A stretch of DNA of 61,229 nt, filler included. It is 4 parts of 4 records of this genome, joined end to end, with 100 filler letters (N's around TTAATTAATTAA, not from the genome) between each part and the next. Parts side by side here need not be neighbours in the genome. Positions count along the whole stretch, not along the records: positions 33,886 to 55,251 come from SRR2962707_562; 3 more parts are not named here. One strand, given 5' to 3'. A model generated the notes under the pieces. That model had not been told where the DNA came from and searched no databases. It saw nothing but the letters and a program-made list of their open reading frames with translations. The translations under genes were made by a program, and so were the position numbers. Numbering within the stretch: position 1 is the stretch's first letter; the number at the start of each line of letters is the position of its first letter. Below are positions 34,061-46,000 of this stretch, piece after piece.

Positions 34061-37000
34061 ATGGAGCTTCCTTGGGCGCTGCCCAAACATCCAGGGGCAA
34101 AGGCTTGTTGGAAGCAAAATCTTGAAGCTGTTCGGTGCGTAGGCCACGCAGCTCCTGTGCTGGGTGCTTGTGTGTTGTCCTCCTTTCGTTGCGCTGCAGC
34201 CACTGCGGCCTGCAACGTTCCCGTCCACAACACGTGACTGATTTTTTGTGTGTCCTTGTTGCTGCGGGGCGTGCTTGCCACGGCAGGAACCGACTGCGTC
34301 AATTTGACATTGAACCGAAAGACCTCGAGCGGGCGCTGAGCAGTCGTGCGAGCTCGTTTGGACAGCTGCTCTTTCGCTCCGACGTGCTCCGCACGACTTC
34401 GAAAGCTGTTTTTGACAGCTTGTGCGCTTCCGCGACGGGCAACAATGGCAAAAGTGGTGTGACGGGGAAAACAGCAGCATTTTCTCACAACCAACACCGT
34501 GACACAAACAGCTTCACTCGCTCGAGTGGGCGTCACGAGGAATACGTTCGTGAAATTTTCTCATCTGCTCTTTGGGTGCAGCGGATCGGTGATCCAGCCA
34601 ACAAGCAGTTTCATGCTCGCTCACACGCGCGCAGCGCCATTATTACACTGGTGCTGGGGCACGACTGGAAAGGTTGTGTGTCCCATGCGCAAATGGAGCA
34701 GTTTGCAGAGGAGTGCCGAACGATCACTACAAATGCCGACGAGGCCCAGACCCGCTTGGAAACAGCCGAGACCGGCAATTTTGCCGCGCTGGCGTTCCGT
34801 CTATTGCAGGGTTGCCTTCGGCCAACTGCCGACACTCCTCACGATGCAGACAATGGCCTCGGTCGAAGAACCAGTAGTTCAGGGAAACTGGCAGTCAATA
34901 TTGCAACCTCTTTGAATTTGACCCCAGTGGCGAATTCGGCGCAGCTCCTGATGCTGCTCAAGTCCGTGGCGGAAACATCAGGCTGCATGGACCCGGGGGC
35001 GTTGGCAGCACGCCGAGGGTTTCCCGTGAGTCGCGGAGAAGTATCCGCTGTTCGTCAGCTGTGTCGATTTCTAGCTGCTCTTGCAGGCTTTTCAACGGGC
35101 CCGAACCCCGCCGACGAGGGCGAGACTACCCCATCGATGGCCCGAACACCAACATTTGGTTCACGAGATCCCGTCCCTCAGAAACGTCACTCCGGGTACG
35201 ATCAGAACGAATGGCTTCCCTCGCCTTCCGACAATGACCAAGTCAGGCAACTGGCTCTTGAGTGTCTCGTCAACTACGCGGTCGTGTTGTGGGACGCAAA
35301 TATGATGCTTCGATTGGCGGAGCACTTGTCGATTGCGTATTTTCAGCATATGCGCGAAATGAGCGAGCGTGGCAGTAGCGACGGGGTCGGAGATGAGTCT
35401 CGCAGATCGCGCAGTGATGACTTGCGTCGGCGTTTGAATGCTGGTGCCGACGGTAGCACTGAAGCTGCAGCCGCTTCGTCGCCCAAAGTAAAGGCGCAAC
35501 AGGGTGACAGCAAACCGGCCACTCGATCAGACGGGGATGCGAATGCTGAGAACGGGGAGGACGAAGAAGCAACTGAAGAGGGTAACAATGCTTTGGGCAA
35601 GAATGCTGCAGGTATCACAGCAAAACAACGAGTTGGCGAATCAACCTCGAAACGCGCATCTGGTTCGTCTGTCTCTTCCTCGTCGTCATCTCGAAGCGGA
35701 GCCCCTGGACGGCGAGAACGCAAAATTAATGCGGGCGTTGTCAACCTTGGACAGTGTATTTATAAGCACACGTTCTTGCCTCTCCGTGGGAAAAGAATGA
35801 GAAGTGCGAAACATGAAAAGTTGCACTCGAGCAATGCACTGAGTCAAGTGATTCAACTGGAGGTGCGTCGCTGCCACGGTTTTACAAAGAGTGAAGACGG
35901 GTCGCCAGCAACACGAGGAGGGGGCGATGCAACAGCGTCGGCAGGCTCGCCATGGTTGCTTCGAAAACGGGGACTCACCGGCGGGTTCACCCAGACCATG
36001 TCGGACTGCCTCTTTTCAGTTGTGGCGGTTGAGTTGCAGCTGGTATGCCGTCGCCAGGACAGCGTTGCTGATGTCGTTGCTTATATCGCAGAAACAGTAA
36101 ATCACAGCCCTGCTCTCACCAAAGTGTGTTTTGATGGGGTATGCTACCCGCCCAGCACCCTACTCCAAGACGTGCCTTTCTTCGCCGAGAATTCGAGTAG
36201 CGTTGACATTCTTGGGGTAGTATTTTCTCCGTCTGCGTGTGCCAGTCTGGGCGGAACGTCTACCCTTGAACATCTGTGGTTACGAACGGAATGGGGCGTG
36301 GACGTAGACAAAGTAGCTCCCATCGGGGTTCCTGCTTATGCCGGAGAAGCCAGGTCAGCGATTCCCCGCTTGAGCTACGAGGACGTGTTTGGACAATCTG
36401 CAGATGGCCTGTCCATTGACTTTCGAGACTCGCACAGTGCCTGCGCTTCGCACGAGAGTATTCCTCAAGGTGATGCTGCCGTGCTGTTATTCGCGACGGC
36501 ATTGCGAATGGCGGGTGTCGCGCGTGATACATCGTGCCACGTGGTCACTGCTGGGGACCGTGCTGCCCGACAGCCGGGCTCACAAGCTGAACCCACACTT
36601 CCTCCTCGCGACGAGGCGACTCCAAGCAAAGGTGCTAGTGGAGACGAAGCCAAGAGTTTGGTGGGTGGCATCCTTGACGGTGCGGATAGCAATGGCACTG
36701 GGACATTGCCGGAGACTGGAGAGGGTGAAACCAGCCCCCTTGACAGTCACGGGTGGCACAGTGTGTTGCACGTGTTGGTCGAGGCCAGCGCTGGAATCGA
36801 TCTCCACCTTCGTGGAAGCGACGAGGGCGCCGTGGATTTTGATGCATTGGACTCGAGTTTGCAGCTAGCTGCCTATTCCTTGCGTCTGTTGCAGCACAGT
36901 CAGTCGATGCACGGCCTTCGAGATTTATGGGATAAGGTGGGCGCCTCTCTCCGGCTCCGTGTTCTTCGAAGTGCGTTTCTTGCCATTGACTTTCAAGCTC

Positions 37001-40000
37001 AAGTTGTCGACAACACCGACAGCGCGGCAGTAGCTCCCTGGGATTCCGTCGCCTTGCCTCGCCTTGCCGCATACCGCACAGCCTGGACTGAATTTTTGCA
37101 CCTGCACTTTTGCTTCATTGTTGGTAATCCGCTGGACTGTGCGAGTTTTTTGCTTGGACTTGTGCAGTCGCTATTTCGGGCCACAATTGCTGCCGACGGC
37201 CGCCCTCGGCGGGGGCAACCAGAAAACATCCCAATTTACCTGTTTGGGGAACATCTCGAGGGGGTGCGATTGACAGCCTCCCTGCTTCACACCCTGGAGA
37301 ATGAGGTCAATTTGGTGTGTCTTCCTGAATTCTGGTCTCAGCTGTGCAAATACGTGCATGCATCCCCAGCGATGGAGCTCAAAACACGACTCGCGCGTCT
37401 GCAGTATGTCGGGAACATTTTGCTGTCCCTCGTCACTTCAGTTGGCGTATGGGTGGCCGACGTGGGCGAGTGGCAAGACGGAATCAGTGCTGGTCACGCC
37501 TCGAACTTGCGCTGGAGCAGGGCGTATAAAAGTTTGTTGCTGCAGGCCTTGATGAACATGCAGCGTAGCGTCTTTGGGGCAATGCAACACACGCTGCTGT
37601 CAGACGACCCACTAACGGCGACCCATTGGCAAGCTGTCTTGAACGGCCTGAGCAGCCGATTCTTCACAGAGCTGTCAGTTTTTCTTGAAGGACAAGAGCT
37701 TGCAACAGTTGGTCAAATACTTGCCGTTGCAATGATATGGATCTTCAATGTGCAACAGTTACACTCCTTCTTCCACGCCCATTTTTTCAGGAACGCCCGT
37801 CTTTGCAGCTCAATCTTGCAACTTCTGTTGGTTATCAAGGCAAGCGCATCCGACCGGTTGCTCGACGCGCAATGTTCCCTTGCAGATATTTTGTCGCGGA
37901 CAGCAGTTGAGGCAATCCTTGCCACTCTTCGTGTCAATGGAGCGTCTCGTGAACTCCGTGTCCCGTCTGCAGAAGCCGCTGCGAGCTTGAAAACTGCCTC
38001 TGCGACCCCTCGGCACCGCGCTCCACATGAAAGTTTTGCCAATGTTATGTCAACGAATGGCGACAAACCCACATCTCCAACGTCGCTGTTGTTATCAAGT
38101 GGAACGGCTCCTCGTTTTGTGAGCTTTTTTGTCAGTGATGAAACTCGCCGTGGCGCTGACAGCGCAGCACGTGTTTGGTGCGCCTCGCCACTTTTTGCCG
38201 GCGGCCTCAACTCGGACCATTTGCGCCAGGTGCTTGTAGCAGCACAGCAGCCGTCTTCGCCCGAAGTGCGGGCCCGGAAAGGAATTGCGAAGCAAGTCTC
38301 CATCATCGAGGGTGTTGCTACCATTCAGAAAGATCCTATTGCGTTGGTTCTTGCAGCAATCGATGTGGATGCAGCATCCACGAACAACTCCCAAATTGCT
38401 GCCACACACCTTGCGCATGTAAAACTAGCACAGCGTCTTACGCGCTTGTCCCTGAACCCAACAAAGCGAGCAAACGACTCCCCAGGGGTTGCGCTAACTC
38501 TGCTCCGCGGCGTGCAGGAGCAGGTTGCTCTCCCAGCTTCCGACTTGCGCAAATTATTGAAGCACAAATGTCTGGAGTCATGTGTTTTGCATATTTTTGC
38601 GTGCCTGCTCATCCATGCGGTGGATGATCCCTTAGCCTCAAGCTACAAACTGATGATGAAAAGTGGCACTGTTGCCCAAGGAACTGCGGAACTGATGCGA
38701 AGTGCGATGGGATTTGGACTCCGCATTCTTAGAGAAACTGCGGCAGCTGCCACAGCTGTTTCGATAAAGCAGACACAAGCCGCGCAAGCAGCGCGGGCCA
38801 TGGAAGCTGGTGCAATCCGTAGTAAGGCGCGGGGAGCGTTGATGGTGGGGCGCTCACAGTCCGACACCACCATGTCCCTCCGAGATCGGTTGGCAAAAGT
38901 GAACAAGAATTCGAGGTGCGTTCACAGTGTTGTTTGTTTTTGAGTGAGAATCATTTTGTTGTAGATGTAGTGGTAAACCAATCACGAGAGTGTTGAAGAG
39001 TGCTGATTGACGCTCAAGAATTCGATGGTCTGTTTTTTCTGATGCATTCAGTGGGGGTAAGCTTAAAGGGACTCTGTCGTCCCTGCTGAATGGGGCGGGC
39101 GGCGAAGCCACCTCTGATGGTCTGTTGGGTGCGGTTTGTCAAGGCGTGATCGCAGATTGCGATTTTTTCGTGCGCTTGTTGCAGCCAGCAAATTTATCCC
39201 CTGCCACGCGGTTGCGATTCGGGAGTAATGGTGCACCAGACAGCGATAGCAGCGGCGATAGCCTCGGAGCAGGTATTGGAGGTTCGACTCAGTCGCTTGG
39301 GCAGCAAACGAAAGTCGGCGCGAGCAACGTACTGGCTTTTATGAGTCGGAGGCTACACGGTCTTCACCAGTGGATCCTTGAAACCGTGAAACCCAAGGCA
39401 CCGTACGATGTCTCTGGTCAGTACCATCACCTAGCCAAGGTTCCACGCACTACGGGTCCGGAGGCGGTGGTGAATAGTTTGTGGTGCGAGGCTGACGATG
39501 TCAGATTGTGTCTAGTCGCCCAGTGCCATAAAGGAGGCTTGCGGGTCTACGCTTTGAACACATTTGACGCATTGCTGAGTTCACTTGTGCTTCCACAGCA
39601 AGTGCGCCTCATCCTCATGAGACTACTAGAGTCCCTTTCCGCAAGTTGGCGAACGCTAACTGGCCACCACCGTGGGGCCAACGGTGAAAACAGACAGCCG
39701 TTGCGCGCACACAGTCACCGACAACAACATGGCAGAGAAGCTCGTCAAGAAGGCGGCGTTGACGGCATTTCACCGAACCACAGTGCGGCTCAACAACAGC
39801 ACCATCAACCGGCCTCCGCGAAGCGGCACGCATTGAACAGCCCCACTCAGGCTGGACCGACGCTGATGCATCATTTGGATGGGCTCGGGGGCTGTGGGCT
39901 CGCAGTAGAACGTTGTGTCACAAGTGCATATTTCAGAGTTCTGAGTCGAGTCGTGCACTGTTTTCAATATGGCGAGCCTTCACAGCAACTTTTGACCTTG

Positions 40001-43000
40001 CCACTGCTTGGAGTGACCTGCCGCACTGAGGACGACTGGAAACAGATCCAAGAGGCTGGTATTCTGAACATCCTGGCATCGCTGGTTGGTCAAAAACGTA
40101 AGGAAGCTATTGAGGAGTACGAGCATGAAGTGAACAAGGATGGAAGCGCTTCCTCCAATAGTAGGTCCGTGGCAGAATCTGGTGGTAAGAACTCGTCCAA
40201 GAGCCGAAACAAGCGGGCCGCGACGATGGAAATTGTGGCTCTGGGTGCCCCCAGTGAGGAAGTTTTAAAATTTCTCGGCACTCATGCTGTGACGTCGATT
40301 AGCGCCGGTGAAAGAAATGCAGCTTTCGTGACCGCTGGGGGACAGGTCTTTGCTCATGGATTGAATATTGCTGGTAGTTGTGGAACGGGGAATGGTCGTA
40401 GCACTGCTGGTGGTGCTAGTGTGCACCCCCGTGACTCAATGAGCGGAGTTGCTGGAATTGCAGGTTTTCCATTCGAGCCCATTGTGGAACCACGTCACCT
40501 GCAGGCTGTTGCGGGCACACGCGTCGTGCGCGCTCTGGTGGGTGGTGATATGCTATCTCCTGCTGATAGGGTTGCAAAAGGTGCATTGGGGATCAGCAAT
40601 GATGATCGTGGCACAGCCAGAGCTGGGGCTTCTAAAGACGCCGGAACAAACGACTTTATTGTGCTGCTCAGCGCAAGCGGTACCGTCTTCACTGCCGGAG
40701 CAAACGACTACGGCCAGCTTGGCCGTGGTGTAGGTGCTCCAACCAGCGACACCCCGGTGGTGGTGCCTGGACTAGCAAAATATCGCATTTCGCATATCAC
40801 GGTTGGCTGGCATCATGTCATTGCCGTCAGCAATGGCCCGCCACTTGACACTCGAGGTGCATTTGGCGTCAACCCGACCAACAATGCCAGCAGCACAGCG
40901 TATGCGGCGTCAGCTGATGGCACCGGTTTCTCGGGTGTGACTCAGTTCGGAACCATTCTGACCTGGGGCAAGAACGACTGCGGGCAGCTTGGACTTGGAT
41001 ACACGTCCAACCAGGAATGGTCGCCACGTACGCTGGCACCATTATTTGGAGACCGTTTAGCTGGAGTGCGTGCCGTCGCTGTCACGATGGTTGCAGCGGG
41101 GGCCACCCACTCGTTGGTAAGTTGCACCGTTCAAACGGACTCGCACGACCACCATATGGTGGTGGGCTGGGGATCCAATTCTAAGGGGCAGCTTGGTGCC
41201 GCAGATACGTTGCTTTCCTGTCATGACATTGGCTCGTTCTCAAATGACGACAGTGAGATTTTTGCTGCAGATGCTCCCCTTCGCCCTTTGCTGGCGCAAG
41301 CATTGCTGAAGTTGCGGCAAAAACAACAACGTAAGACCCAGCTACAAGCGAAGCAGTTGCAGCAACAGCAGCAGCAAGCCCAACAGCAGCAGCTGAAACG
41401 ACCGAAAAGTTTTGGAAATCGACTGGATTTTTTAGGAGCCAAAAGCTCCTGGATGGGCGACGATTCGGCGTCTGGGGCCGAAGAAAGCGGCACCGGTGGT
41501 GCCAGTGGTGTTGTTGGACGTGGCTCGACGCGTTTGGGCGTCACCGGCGTCGACAACAACAGCCAACTTGTGCTTCAGCCTGCAATTTCTTCGTCATTCG
41601 CCTTTAACCATGTCGCGGTGCAAGATGTGTGTTGTGGCAGTTTCCATTCCGCTGTGCTGACAACATGTGGGACTGTCTTTTGCTTTGGGTCCAACGAAGT
41701 GTGTCAGTGCCAGCCTCAGGCCTCTCTCGGCGACCAGCACCCACTTGTGCAGTCACTGGCCCCAGCTCCGTCTGCTCCAGCGGCGGCAGCTGCTCGTCAA
41801 CTAAAACTGAAAGTTCTACCAGCTGCCTTGCCGGGGCCTGCAAAGAGTGTGGCGTTGGGACGCCACTACACTGTTGCTGTCGTTGCGAACGATAAAAATA
41901 GCAACGGCTCTTCGCCGGCGTACAGTTTTTGGTCGCGGAGTGACGCGTATATCGAAACGCATGCAATGCTGCAATCTGGAGCGGAAACCTCCGGGTTCGA
42001 ACCAACAACACCGTCGAAGCAGAAAAAGGGCGTGCGCTCAGTCCCTGGCACTCCGTCTCGGGCTCAGAAGGCCGCTGACACAGAAGCATCAACTTCAGCT
42101 GCCGTTGTTGCGGCTGCCGCTGCTAACAAAAAGAAACGGGGTGCCGCAGCTGCTGGTCCTCGATTATCTGAGACGCAACTGTTTTTACTTTACTTTTTTA
42201 TTCGTTGTGGATTGCCTCCACACTGCCATCAGCGCTACCTGGTCGGCTTCACCAGTGCTGGCTTTTCTAAAGCATCGCAATTGCAACAACTCGATGATCC
42301 TGGCCTTCGACGCATGGGAGTCGTGTCCACGGGTCATCGTCGACTAATGTTGCAACAAATTAGCGCCGAAGCGAAAGCTGCTGACGTTGTTAGCCGCGAA
42401 GATGTATGGGGCTGGGGTCTTGTGCCGCGTCAGCGAGCTCGCTCCAGTGAACCTGGCGGTAGCAGCGAATCCCAGTACCAACTGCAAGATGCTTTTTGTG
42501 AGCCCACCTTGCTCCTCACACGTGATATCAAACACCGCAACACGCCATGGTCAGAGCTATTTAGCGGAGCATCGCATGCCATTTTCATTCTGCAGCTTCC
42601 CCCCTCGTCGAAGCTTTCGAAGGAAGCGACCTTGCTCGCACTGAAGCGGCGTCTTTCAACCGGGACATGGGCGGTATTTCAAATGCTTGCCATCAACACT
42701 GCTCGTTTTTCAAATTATACGCACGGTGCTGGTGTGCCCACAAACCTGCCTGCCTCCGCAGACAGAGTGACCTCGTCAATGGAACGAGGTGCCGCGGTTG
42801 CCGCAGAGGATGCGGTTCTGGATTGCTTGATGCACGAGCTCACCGAGTTAGCAGCACACCAGCATAGGGATATTTGCACAGGCCTCATGCACGATGTGCT
42901 CAAACTACTACACAAGTATTGCGTTATCAGCCACCGCGCGGTTTCAAGACTCGCCAACAAAGTGACGATAGCGCTGTTGCTTCGAATGATAATGGCTCGC

Positions 43001-46000
43001 GAGTCGGCGGATGTGGTGGTGCAATGTATTCACTTCATCTACATCTTGCTGCCCATTGCCGGGCCAGAGACTGTGGCGCAAATAATTGTCGACAATCCCG
43101 ATGTTTGGCCCGTGGCGGGAAAGCGACTTCAGAGCGAAGATCTCGTGGCGCAGAGTGGCGATGCTGGAACTTCACGCGGAAACGCCGACACAAAATCAAG
43201 TTCCTTCCGCACTCCTCCGCGCCGTTCTGGTGCCGAAGGATCGGGACTGTTCACGCCTGGGTCCGCGCACCGTTTTCCGGCGCCGCTTGTACACCTCGTC
43301 AGCAGTGATGGGCGCTCTGATGCGGGAGGTCAACCAAATTCGAGTCGTGACAAAGGCAATTCGTTTCCTTCTCCAAGCTACTCCGTGCCGCCATCTGTTG
43401 CTGCTTCGTTCTGGCTGCAGCTGATTGGGCATGGCTTGTATCGTCCTCCCGTAAATGTGCACGAGGACGTAGCCGAGCAAGAAGACGTGGTCATGGCGGC
43501 TTCTGGTTCGCTTTGTGGCTCACGCATCGATTTGATTGCTGCATCTGAGATTGTTGTGTTGGTCCGGAAGCTGTTGGATCCAACTGGAGGAATTCCTGGC
43601 TTTGCCCTTCACGCTGCGCAGTGGGCATCTGCGATCAACGAGGCATTGCAGGAGGCCTTATGCAAACCTGTTCAAAGCCATTCGCAGACCAGTAGATTGC
43701 GTGTAGATAGTGACAACATCGCTGCTTCGCCTTCCGGAGACTTCAGTCCCAGACTTGATACTCCAGGATCAGTTGCTTCGAGCCTCGACACCGATGGCAT
43801 CTCAACCCCGTCCCAAATGTCAGCGAGAAGGAAGCGCAGCTCCAGCTTTGTGCCCCGGTCGGAAAATCGACGACAGGCCCTCGGAAGTGCAGAGTCATAC
43901 AGTCACACGGACTTTGAACGCGACTCATTGGTCGTGCAGAGGATTTGGCGCCTACTGGGAGCATTGTGTGTCCTTGGGGGTGACACTGAGGTCTTACGGG
44001 ATCAATGCAAGGTTCGTTTGTTCTTGCCCAGCGGCGTCAAGAAGCCTGCAAGAGTGTTCCGGTATAATGCATGGTCAGCGGCCGTGGCGCTCGGTGAGGA
44101 CTTCAACAATCGAGGTGGTCCACTTCGAGGTGGCTTGGCTCAACATCCCGAAAACGGGTCACACACTCGCAGCAAGAGTGTGGGGAACACTGAGACGAAA
44201 GCTGGGGGCTCGACGTTACCAGGAGCACAATCACAGCACTACAACTATAAATTCGACCGTGACATTGACAGCGCCGTTACTATCAACCTGGAGGATGTGC
44301 AGATTGAGGTGGTTCAACAGGTGCCTGTGCCCATTGAACACGTTTTATCGAAGGGCAATCTGCTGTTCTCAATCCACCAACTGCTATTGGGCACCCACCC
44401 CGTGCAAGCAGCGGCTCCATTGTCGCACTCCAGTAGCAGCGAGTTGAGTACCAGCTTTACCGCTGTGTCTCAGCTGTTTCTTCAACAAACTCGCATGCGG
44501 TCATGCAAGGCGTTAGGCTACCTCCTACACGACGACGAGTGTCTCACAACCGCAATTGACAATGGGTACATCGATGTGCTCACGAAAATTACTCAGCACG
44601 AAAACCCACACGCGGTGTCGCTTCGTAGTCCATTCAGTGGAAGTGCTGCTACTGGAAGGCAGTCTGTGCAAACGCGAGGAAGTGCAGTGGACGATCCCGG
44701 TGGCGTCGGTGGGGCATCCGTGTCGGTTGGTGGCTTGGGTGTGGGTAGTCGTGCGAATGAGTATGCTCTGGAGCACCGTTGGATAGAACTCCAACACCAA
44801 CGAAGCAAATTTTTCAAGCCTTTGGCGCGAATCGCGACCGGCAGTGCCGTGGGCAGCGGGCGTGTCTACCACCTGCACGTGCAACTGGCGGAGATGGTCG
44901 GCATTCACTTGTTTGATACTTATTCCAGCGCACCGGAAGTATTTTGTGCTGCCAGCATCGTTCATGCCGGAGACCTTGTGTCTGGGGGTGTTCCTATTGG
45001 CTCCAAGTCGCCGATTCCTGTCTCAGTGCGGTCGCAGTTCTCTGTTCCCGTCACCGTTCCTCGACCAAACGACCCAGAGCAACTTGGCCACACTGCGTCT
45101 GTCGACATTCCAACAGAGTCAGGGACCATTGACTTTTTGGTCAACGATCTCACATCAGCCGTTCTGTGTATCGACACTTGGGTGCGATCTAACAATGCAG
45201 GCGATGGCGTCTTGGACGAGGAAGAGAAGCGCAAATGTCGAAGTGCCTTGCCAGTAAAGTGCCAGTTTTTAGGGCAAGCTATTGTCCCAGTGTACCAAGT
45301 GCTTTTGAGCGATATTGAAGCACTGGCTCCGAGAAACGTGTCAACGAGAGGCGGTGCAGCGCAAGTGTCACAAATGTACCGCTTTCCACTGAGTGTCAGC
45401 GGTGTCCGTGGTACCAATGCATCGCTTCATGGTGCCATAGGCTTGGGGTTGTCTGTGTCTGTTCCATCGGCTCGTGATGCGGAATTTATTCGCAAAGGCA
45501 TTCAGCAACGGCAGCGGCAACAGCGGCAGCTGCCGCTTGAACGGGCGTTACCCGCTCACGTGGTTGGGGCACTTGCGATGACTCCTACCACAGGCAAGGG
45601 AAGACAAGACGTTCTCCTCACTGGAACAAGCGCAACGCTAGGAGAAAGCATCCTTGAAGAGTCTGGGTGCTTTGAGAAAGTCGACTTCAACGGATTGAGC
45701 CTGAACGGGATGTGCGTTTTGCCAGCACTTGATGCTGGAGTTCCGCGCTGGATGGATGCTACGTTTCCTGACGATGAGAACCGAGTCCGAAAAGTGCTCG
45801 GTTTTGCTGATGGCGCGCCTCCTGGCGAGTGCGTTGTGTTCTACACCCACACGTTAGACTTCCAAAATGACCATTCTTTTGCAGAACCTCACAGCGAGGC
45901 CCCCGACGACCAACACTCCTTGGCGAGTGCGTATCTAAACCGCTACACAATTGTGTTGGACGTGTGGTTTTCGGGTGGACTGGTCGACACCGCGTCCGAC

